Below the pieces are notes generated by a model. That model searched no databases. It was given only the letters and a program-made list of their open reading frames with translations, and was not told the DNA's origin. A stretch of 64,000 nucleotides of DNA from Candidatus Magasanikiibacteriota bacterium (GTDB lineage Bacteria; Patescibacteriota; Patescibacteriia; Magasanikbacterales; GWA2-37-8), in the NCBI GenBank assembly GCA_030650025.1, contig JAUSEN010000024.1, positions 563 through 64,562 on the forward strand. The letters run 5' to 3'. The translations under genes and the position numbers were made by a program. Positions 38,210 through 47,364 of this stretch are shown here, one piece after another. Positions within the stretch are counted from its first letter, which is position 1; every line of letters begins with the position of its first letter.

Positions 38210-38295
38210 TGGTGGACGGAGGGGGGATCGAACCCCAGGAACTAAGTTGATAATCCTAGACGCGGCGCCAGCCGCTCTCCGCCCTCAAATCCACC
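38210..38295 (-). ncRNA. tRNA-like small RNA gene A, with its own promoter
   Basis: The fold has acceptor GGGCGGA/TCCGTCC with a G3:U70 pair, D-arm GCGG/CCGC, T-loop TTCGATC, discriminator A and an encoded CCA. The anticodon arm is irregular (8-nt loop AUUAUCAA). A TTGCAT-N17-TAAAAT promoter lies about 14 nt upstream of the mature end, and a hairpin plus T-run lies downstream. Confidence 0.35.
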
Positions 38296-38606
38296 ATGAA
38301 GGATTTTATCATAGTGCTCTTTAAAATGCAACTTTATAAGTATTTATTTATGTGGATAAACGACCATAGGCATCTTGACAAACTAGAGAATTTGTGCTAT
38401 ACTTATTTGTTAGATTAAAAAACAGGTTTTTTAGTCTAATTATAGAGAAATTCTGGCAAAGTTGCTAAGATTAGCAGTTTTGCCAGGGTTTTTACCAAAA
38501 TGCCCTCAAATCAACTGTTCTTTACAACCATGAACCACCCCGCACCACAAGGGTGCAGGGTAAAAAATGGTTCATGGCAAGCAATAGTGTCCCAACATAA
38601 ACACCA

Positions 38607-38660
38607 GTCCTACCGGGAACAAAGATTTGTAATCATACAATTCTTTTTCCCCGGTAGGAC
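38607..38660 (+). promoter_or_regulatory. Conserved leader hairpin (gtcctaccggg...AT-rich loop...cccggtaggac), followed by a ribosome-binding site; copy 1
   Basis: The same stem and downstream tcacgccgagttctccgaaagggatcctcaaggaggatg are found at 40549-40676. Confidence 0.55.
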
Positions 38661-38702
38661 TCACGCCGAGTTCTCCGAAAGGGATCCTCAAGGAGGATGA
38701 AC

Positions 38703-39758
38703 ATGACCATGACCCGTAGTTTCGAGGGTTTCGGCACGGCGGCCATGTTGGCCGCGACCCTGCTCGTGGGGACCTTCACGAGCACCGCGCACGCCGACGC
38801 CTTCATCGCGACCAGCGCGATCGACGAGTGCTGCGGCAACCGGAACCCCGGCGCGGAGAGCATGGTCTGCACGCAGACCGTCAAGACGGCCTGCTGCACC
38901 GGCAACGCTCTGACGCCGATGCCGGACGGTTCTCTCCCCGCGGCCTGCAACACCGCGGTGAAGCAGGTCCTCGTGGCTGCCCGTCGCGAGATCGACGCCA
39001 AGACCCCGGGCGCCACTGTCCCGGCCGCCACCCCCGCCCCCTCGGGCAGGGTGAACGGATTCGACGACGAGATGGACGTCGCCGTCGATTCCGAGGCACG
39101 GAGCAAGGCCGCCCGGGCCGAGCGGATCGCGGCTCGCGCTCGCGAGGACGCGGGCGGGGCCAAGGCCTTCGCCCGTCGCTCGGCCAGGGCCGCCGAGCAC
39201 GCCGCCGACGACGCCCAGCTCGCGGCCGAGAACGCCGAAGCCGCCGCCAGCGCCGCCCGCGAGGGTGACGAGTGCGACGACTGCGGACGCTCGCGGCAGG
39301 TCGCAGCGAACCAGGACGCCATCACCCGCGCTCTGCGCGCGGCCGGGGGGTACGACATCCTCCCGGGGACCGTGAACGTGGTCCGTGGCGGCGGCGCCGA
39401 GCAGCGCACCGAGTCGCCCCCGACGCTCGCCTTCACCGGTTTCGGTGCGGGCAACGGCGACGGCGCACCGAACGGGGAGCTCCCGGGACGGCTCGGGGCC
39501 GTCCGGCTCCGGATCGTGGATTCCAACGGAATTCGCAACCTGGAGACGGGCCCCGCGGCCCTGCTCGTGCCCGGGTCGGCCGACCTGCTCAAGCCCATCG
39601 GCCGCTCGTGGTGCGCCAGGAACACGGGGGCCTGCGTGGCCCTGTCCATCCTGGTTCCCATCATCGCCACCAGCGCGGCGATCACCATCGGGGTGGTCGG
39701 AGACCAGCAGGGCTGGTTCCGGGGTCCGGACCAGAACATCACTCTGGTCGTCCGGTAG
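38703..39758 (+). CDS. Secreted protein of unknown function encoded by a roughly 70% GC ORF (GC-rich cassette 2)
   Basis: Its N-terminus (MTMTRSFEGFGTAAMLAATLLVGTFTS) is shared with the 40677 ORF. It has an Ala/Arg-rich central region. The ORF ends at the shared 3' stem-loop. Confidence 0.5.
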   Translation: MTMTRSFEGFGTAAMLAATLLVGTFTSTAHADAFIATSAIDECCGNRNPGAESMVCTQTVKTACCTGNALTPMPDGSLPAACNTAVKQVLVAARREIDAKTPGATVPAATPAPSGRVNGFDDEMDVAVDSEARSKAARAERIAARAREDAGGAKAFARRSARAAEHAADDAQLAAENAEAAASAAREGDECDDCGRSRQVAANQDAITRALRAAGGYDILPGTVNVVRGGGAEQRTESPPTLAFTGFGAGNGDGAPNGELPGRLGAVRLRIVDSNGIRNLETGPAALLVPGSADLLKPIGRSWCARNTGACVALSILVPIIATSAAITIGVVGDQQGWFRGPDQNITLVVR

Positions 39759-39841
39759 CGGGGGTCGCGCGTTCGAGCGCGGCCAGGCAAAAAGGCTCCG
39801 TGTGCATGGGCGGCACACGGAGCCATCGAACAAAGCAGAAA

Positions 39842-39893
39842 GGGGACGAGAATGAGAATTTTCAGGACTAGCAAAACTCGTCTCCTCCCCAAT
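39842..39893 (+). repeat. Conserved 3' stem-loop element, copy 2
   Basis: It matches 37938-37990. Confidence 0.6.
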
Positions 39894-40042
39894 TGTCTTG
39901 CTCTTAAGTAGTTAAGGGCGGGACTGAAGGGAATCAAGTTCTTTTAAAATAAAAACCCCGCACCACAAGGGTGCAGGGCAAGAAAAATAATTTAAATTAA
40001 AATCCCCTCTAGTAATTTTAGAGAGGATTTCAGGTGGTGGAC

Positions 40043-40119
40043 GGAGGGGGATTCGAACCCCGAAACTGGGATAGCAAGCCCGGCTGTAGCGCCAGCTACT
40101 CTCCGCCCTCAAATCCACC
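40043..40119 (-). ncRNA. tRNA-like small RNA gene B, with its own promoter
   Basis: The acceptor and T-arm match those of gene A, and the D-arm is GTAG/CTAC. The anticodon region GCUUGCU (GCU anticodon) lacks a well-paired stem. A TTGCAT-N17-TAAACT promoter is present, and a CCA is encoded. Confidence 0.3.
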
Positions 40120-40548
40120 GGGGTCTAGTTTATCAGATTGCTCTTTAAAATGCAACTATAAAGTTACATGTGAGTGTCAGACAAAAAAAGAACTCCCTTG
40201 CGGGAGTCCCGAGATTCAGAGTAGCGTTTTTAGCGCCAACTAGACTTGCTATCCATAACTAAGGATACCAAGTAGCGAAAATATCGTCAAGTAGTTGTCC
40301 ACAGGACATTAACATAAAAATCCCTTTTGTTAAGGGATTCATATGTTGACACACAGAGTAAAACCAGAGTTAATATCTGGCACACTGTACAAATTAAGAA
40401 TAACAGCTTGAGAAAAAATTGTCAACCACTTATCCATTTTTTTAAGTTCACGAGGCGCCGAATGTGTTAATTTGGCCTGTCGTGAGCCTTAAAAAGCTCG
40501 TTAGTTCTTTACAACTTAAACGGTTTGACTATATAAAGTAATAAAATT

Positions 40549-40635
40549 GTCCTACCGGGAACAAAGCCTTGTATATAATAATATTATATATATTTTATAT
40601 ATTATTTAAATACAATTCTTTTTCCCCGGTAGGAC
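40549..40635 (+). promoter_or_regulatory. Conserved leader hairpin, copy 2 (with a longer AT-rich loop)
   Basis: The same stem (gtcctaccggg / cccggtaggac) and downstream ribosome-binding-site block as at 38607-38696. Confidence 0.55.
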
Positions 40636-40676
40636 TCACGCCGAGTTCTCCGAAAGGGATCCTCAAGGAGGATGAT

Positions 40677-42314
40677 ATGACCAAGACCCGCATCGAGGGT
40701 TTCGGCAAGGCGGCCGCGTTGGCCGCAACCCTGCTCGTGGGGACCTTCACGAGCAACGGCTGCGGGAACGGACCGGTCAACCTCACCGTCGTCTACCAGG
40801 ATGACGGCGGCGCGATCCCGACCCCCAGCCCGGACCTCGCCCAGGCCCCGGCCGACCTCGCGGTCGCGCCGGACCTGACGCCCACGCCGGATCTCGCCCA
40901 GGCCCCCGTCGCCGACCTCGCGGTCGCGCCGGATCTGGCCCAGGCGCCCGACCTCACCCCGCAGTGCCCGCAGGGCCTCACCCTGTGCGGCAACCGCTGC
41001 GTCGACCTGACCGTCGACAACGCGAACTGCGGCCGGTGCGGCCAGGCGTGCGCGAATGGCGCCGAGACCTGCTCCAACGGGAAGTGCGTCTCGGCGTGTC
41101 CGCAGAACACGACGTACTGCTGGCAGAACAACGCCGGCTGCACGAACGTGCTCACCGATTCCGCGAACTGCGGGATGTGCGGCAAGGTGTGCCCCCCGGG
41201 GAACACCTGCGCGCGCGGCCAGTGCGCAGTCGACCAGAACCTCAACTGCGGGCAGAAGATCGCCTGCGGCAAGGACTGCATCGACATCGCCAACGACCCG
41301 GTGAACTGCGGCGGCTGTGGCAAGGCCTGCTCGGCCATCAACATCGATGGCAACCCGACGTGCACCGGGAAGGTGTGCACGGGTCAGTGCCGTCCCAATT
41401 TCGGGGACTGCGACAGCAACAAGCTGACCAACGGCTGCGAGACCAACCTCATGACCTCCGTGGGCAACTGCGGCGGCTGCGGGGTCGAGGTCCCGCAGAA
41501 TCTCCCGAACACGAGTTCGTCCATCTGCCAGCTCGGCGCGTTCACCCCGGTCTGCAAGCCCGACTTCGGGGACTGCAACGTGTGGTGGCGCGACGGGTGC
41601 GAGATCAACTTTCTCGCGGACGACAACAACTGCGGCCAGTGCGGCAACTGGTGCGCGTGGGGCGAAGTCTGCCTCCAGGGCGTCTGCAAGGAGCCCCCTT
41701 GCCCGATGAACCAGACCAGGTGCTTCGGCGCCTGCAAGGACCTCTCGGCTGACCCCCAGTACTGCGGCGCTTGCAATCAGGCGTGCAAGCAGGGTGAGAC
41801 CTGCAAGCAGGGGCAGTGCATCGCCCCCCCGCAGCCCGACCTCGGCGGCAACAACGTCGACATGGCGTCGCCGCCGGACCTCGGTACCCCCCAGGGCGAC
41901 CTGGCCCAGGCCGCCAGGTACGAATTGAAGGTCTCGGACCCGAAGCCGGGGACGAACGTCGAGGTGTGGTTGACCTCGAACGCGATGGGGGCGCTCCACA
42001 GCTTTGCCCCCAGCACCTTCAGCCTCTCGGCCGCCGACATCTGCGGCCACATGGTCCGGGGGCAGGTCAGCCCGGGCCTTGAGGGGTGGGTTCGGGACTA
42101 CACCGGGGATCCGGCTGGGAACAGCTGGATCGGCTGCCCGCCCAACCCGCGGGCGGTCACCGAGCTCACGTACGAGTTCGGCCCGGTGGGGATGATGAAG
42201 AAGCCGGTGCCGGCCAAGGGTGTCGGGCAGGTCGACGCCTGCAACGGCATGGGCATGCCGAACTTCTTCATCACCCAGGCCGATCTGGCGGCCGCGGGCC
42301 TGGTCTGCCCGTAG
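40677..42314 (+). CDS. Secreted or lipoprotein-like protein with PDLAQAP repeats and Myxococcus-type cysteine-rich (CGxCG...C) repeats, encoded by a roughly 70% GC ORF (GC-rich cassette 3)
   Basis: The N-terminus MTKTRIEGFGKAAALAATLLVGTFTSNGC is followed by more than ten NCGxCGxxC-type repeats and a C-terminal non-repeat domain. Confidence 0.55.
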   Translation: MTKTRIEGFGKAAALAATLLVGTFTSNGCGNGPVNLTVVYQDDGGAIPTPSPDLAQAPADLAVAPDLTPTPDLAQAPVADLAVAPDLAQAPDLTPQCPQGLTLCGNRCVDLTVDNANCGRCGQACANGAETCSNGKCVSACPQNTTYCWQNNAGCTNVLTDSANCGMCGKVCPPGNTCARGQCAVDQNLNCGQKIACGKDCIDIANDPVNCGGCGKACSAINIDGNPTCTGKVCTGQCRPNFGDCDSNKLTNGCETNLMTSVGNCGGCGVEVPQNLPNTSSSICQLGAFTPVCKPDFGDCNVWWRDGCEINFLADDNNCGQCGNWCAWGEVCLQGVCKEPPCPMNQTRCFGACKDLSADPQYCGACNQACKQGETCKQGQCIAPPQPDLGGNNVDMASPPDLGTPQGDLAQAARYELKVSDPKPGTNVEVWLTSNAMGALHSFAPSTFSLSAADICGHMVRGQVSPGLEGWVRDYTGDPAGNSWIGCPPNPRAVTELTYEFGPVGMMKKPVPAKGVGQVDACNGMGMPNFFITQADLAAAGLVCP

Positions 42315-42486
42315 GCCGCCGCCGATAGTAGTCAAACCGCTTTTGCCCCGAGTCACGCGGGCCGGCCCTGAAAGGAGGCCAAAACGTGACATGGGGTGGG
42401 TCAATGAGACTTCACAGATACGGCAAAACTCACCCCTCCCCAATTGTGTTCATCATCACAAGGTGGTGAATAGAAACTAGGGACAA

Positions 42487-42522
42487 AAAAACCACCCCGA
42501 CGTAAAGTCGGGGTGGTTTTTT
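42487..42522. terminator. Bidirectional rho-independent terminator (aaaaaaaccaccccgac-gtaaa-gtcggggtggtttttt)
   Basis: A perfect hairpin flanked by A-runs and T-runs. Confidence 0.6.
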
Positions 42523-42542
42523 AATATTTTTAGTGTTTTTAT

Positions 42543-42857
42543 TTAAATGGACAGTTGCGGGAATGGCTCCAGGGAAGTAATTTTGCTTGTCTCTGATTTT
42601 ATAAGAACCTTTTTATTCCCTAGTATTTCTACAAGTTTATTAAGTTTGTTGTCTTCTTTGCGAGTTAGAACAACTAAATCGCCTTTAAGATTCCCTAGTT
42701 TTTTATCTAGGTATTCTTTGGTAACCATTTGTGATTCTACTTTGGTTAAGCGATTATCCAATTTTTCTATTTTTTCGCTAAACTCCTGTTTAGTTACCGC
42801 GTTGTCTTTAATAAAGCGTACGGTTTCTAAAATATCATCAAGTTTATCATTGGTCAT
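42543..42857 (-). CDS. Small coiled-coil protein, hypothetical
   Basis: ORF only. Confidence 0.35.
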   Translation of the reverse strand: MTNDKLDDILETVRFIKDNAVTKQEFSEKIEKLDNRLTKVESQMVTKEYLDKKLGNLKGDLVVLTRKEDNKLNKLVEILGNKKVLIKSETSKITSLEPFPQLSI

Positions 42858-43041
42858 AAATTATTTGGATTTTTTTAATAACTTCAACAAGTAACACTAG
42901 CCATATTAGAGAAGCTATTATAGAGTTAATTAATTTTTTACTAAAGGTGCCGTCTTTAGTGAGGTTATTTAATCATTTAAAAAACCCGTTGTCAATATCG
43001 AGTAATTTTGGTATTATATTAATAGATTTTTAGCGAAAAAT

Positions 43042-44526
43042 ATGCGTTTAAACATCGATTTTTTGCGTCCCAAAAATTTCCCCCTCTCGGTAGACCAGTG
43101 CGTGGGCTTGGCGCTAAGCGTCATGACCGGTTTTTTGTTGTATAGTGTGGCAATAGATTTTAATTTACCTATTTATTTGTTTGCCACTGTTCTGACCGGC
43201 TGGTTTATTTTTTATTATCCCGAGGTAGGGCTGATCGTAGCACTGCTCTCCACGCTGTGGTTTGAGCGCTGGTTTACTCTGGCGCCAATTGTCTTCGGCG
43301 GCACGGTTTATAAATTATATCCGCTGGATGTTATTCTCGCCTTGGTTGGCCTTAGCATTTTGTGGCATATTTATACCGGCCAAATGCCGCGCCCGAGTTT
43401 TAAGCGTTTTAAATTGGACACGGCCATTCTACTATTTGGCGCGGTTTGTTTTTTTAGTTACGCGGCTTCTTGGTTTAAGCCCACGGATCCGGCGCTGGCG
43501 TTTGGCACGTTTAAAAATTATTTTTTGTACGCGGTAGTTTATCTTTATAGCATTATTCTTTTTAATAGTAGTGAGAGTTGGGCGCGCCTCATGCGCTGGC
43601 TCAAAATCGGCGGCTTTGGACTGTTGTTTTTCTTATTGTTAGGGGTTCTGCGCGGGCAGGGTATGTGGAGCGAGGCGCAAACATTGTCCACGGCCGGGGC
43701 GCGCCTCCTCGCGCAAAGCCACGCGTTTTACTTTTTACTTTTCGCGTTATGGCTTGGGGTGGCGTATTTGTGGCCGCAAAATCAGTGGTGGCGGGTTTCC
43801 CGAAAAACGCTTTGGTGGCTGCTTCTCCTCGCGGTTTTTGGGGTAGTGGTGTCGCTCCAGCGGCACTTGTGGCTTACTGGCACGATTATTTTAGTTACTT
43901 GGTTTATTTTTTTAGAGAGCGCGGAGCGCCGCCGCTTGCTTAGCATCATAGGCTGGGCTCTCGGCGCGGCCGCTTTAGCTGGCCTAATCTATATGTGGAT
44001 TCTGCTCTTGTTGTTTGGCCGTTTGCCGGCTTCGGTTTCGAAAACCGCCAATATTATTCAACAGCGAGCGAGTCTTTCGATGATGCTGAACCAAGGGGAC
44101 ACGAGCGCGAATTGGCGCTGGGCGGCTTGGCGGGGCGGTTTAAAACTTTGGGCCGTACACCCCATTATTGGCACGGGTCTCGGGCAAAAGATTTATGGCT
44201 ATGACAAAACCTATTTATTCGAGGTGGCGGCGCGCGAGCTTCACAACAATTATTTAGGGATTTTAGTGCAAATGGGGTTACTCGGCGCCGCGGCAACAGC
44301 TTATTGGTTCTGGCGCTTGCTCAAATTGCTCTACGCTTTGTGGCAAAAAGCGGCCGCGAGCAGTTTAGCGCCATTTGTGCTGGGGTGGGGGAGCGTGGTT
44401 CTGGTATTTATGATCGTGTTTAGCGTGTCGGTTTATTGGGATACTAATTTTTTGATAATCTGGTGGTGGCTCGCGCTCGCCGCGCTCCGGTTCGCGGCCG
44501 TGGAATTAAAAATTGAATCCCTATGA
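43042..44526 (+). CDS. O-antigen ligase/polymerase family (Wzy_C domain) membrane protein
   Basis: It has more than ten transmembrane helices. ELHNNYLGILVQMGLLG matches the Wzy_C signature. Confidence 0.6.
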   Translation: MRLNIDFLRPKNFPLSVDQCVGLALSVMTGFLLYSVAIDFNLPIYLFATVLTGWFIFYYPEVGLIVALLSTLWFERWFTLAPIVFGGTVYKLYPLDVILALVGLSILWHIYTGQMPRPSFKRFKLDTAILLFGAVCFFSYAASWFKPTDPALAFGTFKNYFLYAVVYLYSIILFNSSESWARLMRWLKIGGFGLLFFLLLGVLRGQGMWSEAQTLSTAGARLLAQSHAFYFLLFALWLGVAYLWPQNQWWRVSRKTLWWLLLLAVFGVVVSLQRHLWLTGTIILVTWFIFLESAERRRLLSIIGWALGAAALAGLIYMWILLLLFGRLPASVSKTANIIQQRASLSMMLNQGDTSANWRWAAWRGGLKLWAVHPIIGTGLGQKIYGYDKTYLFEVAARELHNNYLGILVQMGLLGAAATAYWFWRLLKLLYALWQKAAASSLAPFVLGWGSVVLVFMIVFSVSVYWDTNFLIIWWWLALAALRFAAVELKIESL

Positions 44527-45278
44527 TGCTTGATACTCATTTTTACGCGCACGAACCAGCCGGAGTGCGCAAGCAAAAAATAATCGCGGCTTGTTTGCGC
44601 GGGCAAGAAGGGCGAGGAGAGATTTTGGATATCGGCTGTGGCGTTGGCCATTTGTCCGCTTTTATGGCGAGCCTCGGGTTTAAGGTGACGGCCGTGGATG
44701 AAGACGCGCCAAGCATTGCTCTAGCTAAAGAGCAATATGGCAATCAGCCTGGCATTAAGTGGTTGGTTGGTTCAGTTGAAGCAATCCGCGACAGGTTTGA
44801 TTTTGTGACGGCTTTTGAAGTTTGCGAGCATGTACCGGAATTAGATATTTTTTTGGAGAGATTAAAAACTCGCCTTAAGCCGGGCGGGCAGTTAATTATA
44901 TCAGTGCCAAACGGCTGGAGTGTAGAGGAATTAGGGCGTCGTTTTATGGCCAGGAGTTTTTTAGGGAAAAAATTAAAAGTTTTTTTACGGCGCGGTCTTT
45001 TACCCAAAACCAACGCCCAATCCGCGGCGGACAGCCCCCACGTGCGCTGGTGGGGTTATGCGCGGTGGGTTAAAATTTTTAATAAGCATGGGTTAAGGCT
45101 CAAGAGTGCTAATAATGTGGCTTTTGTTTTTAAGCAGTTTTATTATTTGGGAGGGCGCCGTATTTTAAAACCCACGGCTCTAATTTTTAAATTTTTAGAC
45201 AGAGCAGACGGTATTTTAGCGGCTAAATTGCCGCGGCGCCTCGCGGATGGTTGGATTTTAGTTTTTAATGTTGATTAG
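44523..45278 (+). CDS. Class I SAM-dependent methyltransferase
   Basis: ILDIGCGVGHLS is motif I, and an acidic residue follows the second beta strand. Confidence 0.7.
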   Translation: MMLDTHFYAHEPAGVRKQKIIAACLRGQEGRGEILDIGCGVGHLSAFMASLGFKVTAVDEDAPSIALAKEQYGNQPGIKWLVGSVEAIRDRFDFVTAFEVCEHVPELDIFLERLKTRLKPGGQLIISVPNGWSVEELGRRFMARSFLGKKLKVFLRRGLLPKTNAQSAADSPHVRWWGYARWVKIFNKHGLRLKSANNVAFVFKQFYYLGGRRILKPTALIFKFLDRADGILAAKLPRRLADGWILVFNVD

Positions 45279-45289
45279 CGCGGATTTTT

Positions 45290-46102
45290 ATGGTTCACCA
45301 AGACATTATTTTTAATAAAATCGCTCACGACCGCGTCGCCGGTAATTACGAAGCGCGGCATGGTGAGATTTTTAATTCTTTAGAACAGGCGCGCCTTCGG
45401 GAGGCTCTAAAGCTTGCGTTAGAACAAATTACCACTGGTGAACCAGTTCCGCATGTTCTAGACTATGGCGCTGGCTCGGGAAATTTAACCAGCCATTTGC
45501 TGGCGCTTAGGGCGCGGGTAACGGCCGCGGATTTGTCCTCTAAATTTTTAAAATTAATTAATAGCAAATTTAATTATAATTCCCAAGCGGCCGCGGTTTT
45601 AGTAAATGGCGCGGATTTACGTAATTTTGCCAGCAACAGTTTTGATATGGTCGCGACCTATTCGGTTTTGCATCATGTGCCGGATTATTTAAAAATTATC
45701 AGAGAAATGATGCGGGTGTTAAAACCAGGCGGGGTGCTGTATATTGATCACGAGGCACTCGAACAAATTTGGCATCCGCCGGCTGAATACCGCGAGTTTG
45801 TGGACAAGATTACCGCGACCATGCCTTATGACTGGAGTAAGTGGCTAGAGCCCAAGCGGTACTTAAGCCGTTTTTATAAAATTTTAAATCCGCGCTATCA
45901 GGCGGAAGGCGATATCCACGTCTTCGCGGACGATCATATTGAGTGGGATAAGATTCGGGCGGCCGTGGCGGAGAGCGGCGGTAATGTGATTAGTGAAACT
46001 GATTATTTATTGTTTAAGCGCGGTTATGACCAAAAAGTATATGAGGAATATGCCAGTAAAACGGCGGACACGAAGAGCCTCCTGGCGCGCAAATTAGAAT
46101 AG
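45290..46102 (+). CDS. Class I SAM-dependent methyltransferase
   Basis: VLDYGAGSGNLT is motif I. Confidence 0.7.
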   Translation: MVHQDIIFNKIAHDRVAGNYEARHGEIFNSLEQARLREALKLALEQITTGEPVPHVLDYGAGSGNLTSHLLALRARVTAADLSSKFLKLINSKFNYNSQAAAVLVNGADLRNFASNSFDMVATYSVLHHVPDYLKIIREMMRVLKPGGVLYIDHEALEQIWHPPAEYREFVDKITATMPYDWSKWLEPKRYLSRFYKILNPRYQAEGDIHVFADDHIEWDKIRAAVAESGGNVISETDYLLFKRGYDQKVYEEYASKTADTKSLLARKLE

Positions 46103-46113
46103 ACTTAAATCGT

Positions 46114-47337
46114 ATGAAAATTTTACAAATCAACAAGTTTTTTTATCGCCGCGGCGGAGCTGAACAGCACATGTTTGACCTGATTGATTTACTGGAAAAA
46201 AATGGGCACACGGCTGTTCCCTTTGCCAGCCGCCACCCTTTAAACGAACCGAGTATTTATAGCGGTGAATTTGTGGCCGGCGCGGATCTATCTGAAGTCA
46301 GCTGGCGCTCCGCGCTTTTGGCTCCGCGCGTTTTATATAATTTTGAGGCTAAACGAAAGTTAACCAACCTAATACGCCTCACGCGGCCGGATATCGCGCA
46401 CGCGCATCTTATTTATCACCATTTATCGCCTTCGGTTTTGGTGGCTTTGCAAAAGGCCAAAATACCGGTCGTCATGACTATTCACGATTGGAAGCCGCTC
46501 TGCCCCAATTATCTTTTATATACGGAAAACGCGCCTTGCACGCGTTGTAGTGATCGCCAATATATTCATGCCACCCATCACCGTTGCATTAAAAATAAAT
46601 TTTGGCCGAGCATACTCTCTTCTTTTGAAGCTTACTTTCACCACAACCGGCGTTATTATGAGGATTACATTGACCACCTGATCGCGCCAAGCAATTTCGC
46701 GCGGGATATGTTTATAAATTTTGGCTGGAGCGCGGACAAGATTACAATTTTGCCTCATTTTTTAACTCCGGAAATTAAGATTGCCGAAGTCGCCGAGGAG
46801 GCCAGCGCGCGCGCTCCGGAGTTTGCCTATGTCGGCCGCTTGTCGCCGGAAAAAGGGGTGAAGGAATTGGTGGAATATTGGATCCGCGCCAAGGTTCCGT
46901 ATGCTTTGCATATTTTTGGCGAAGGGCCGCTGTATGATTTTATTAACGCGCTGTGTTTAAATTCCGGCAACATTTTTATGGCTGGCCGGTTTAAGCGCGC
47001 GGAGCTGTTTAACCAGCTTAATCGTTTTACCGCGGTTATTATTCCGAGTGTTTTTTTTGAGACGTTCGGCCTCGTCGCGATGGAAGCTTTAGCGGCCGGA
47101 GTGCCGGTTATCGCGCATCGGCGCGGGGCCTTGCCTGAAATTGTTACGGCTTCCAAAGCCGGCCTCTTGTTTGACTGGTCCGAGGCCGGCACGAGTTTGC
47201 GTTTGGCTTTGGATGAGATGATCAAAAAGCGCGCTATTTTTTCGCATCACGCCACGCAATATATGAAACATCACCACCAAAGCGAGAGTTACTATAAAGC
47301 GCTGATGGCTATTTACCAAAAACTATTGACAAAATAG
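46114..47337 (+). CDS. GT4-family glycosyltransferase
   Basis: The E-x7-E region reads IPSVFFETFGLVAMEALAAGVPVIA. Confidence 0.75.
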   Translation: MKILQINKFFYRRGGAEQHMFDLIDLLEKNGHTAVPFASRHPLNEPSIYSGEFVAGADLSEVSWRSALLAPRVLYNFEAKRKLTNLIRLTRPDIAHAHLIYHHLSPSVLVALQKAKIPVVMTIHDWKPLCPNYLLYTENAPCTRCSDRQYIHATHHRCIKNKFWPSILSSFEAYFHHNRRYYEDYIDHLIAPSNFARDMFINFGWSADKITILPHFLTPEIKIAEVAEEASARAPEFAYVGRLSPEKGVKELVEYWIRAKVPYALHIFGEGPLYDFINALCLNSGNIFMAGRFKRAELFNQLNRFTAVIIPSVFFETFGLVAMEALAAGVPVIAHRRGALPEIVTASKAGLLFDWSEAGTSLRLALDEMIKKRAIFSHHATQYMKHHHQSESYYKALMAIYQKLLTK

Positions 47338-47364
47338 GATTTTTAGGTTATACTGACTGGTTTT

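Noticed and set aside
39272-39871. An ORF ending in DENENFQD that reads through the conserved 3' stem-loop, suggesting the stem-loop could be coding.
   Set aside because: The frame is an Arg-rich alternative frame of the GC-rich cassette and overlaps the supported 38703-39758 coding sequence. The match to the stem-loop is coincidental.
37938-39893. Possibility that the shared 3' stem-loop is an integron attC site, making the array an integron cassette array.
   Set aside because: No GTTRRRY/RYYYAAC core sites were recognisable in the element and no intI is in the window. Each cassette also carries its own leader and ribosome-binding site. The element is kept as a generic conserved 3' element instead.
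38210-40119. Calling the tRNA-like genes tRNA-Sec (8-bp acceptor) or tRNA-Ser(GCU).
   Set aside because: An 8/4 fold is possible, but there is no long variable arm, no UCA anticodon and no well-formed anticodon stem in either copy. They are reported only as tRNA-like RNAs.
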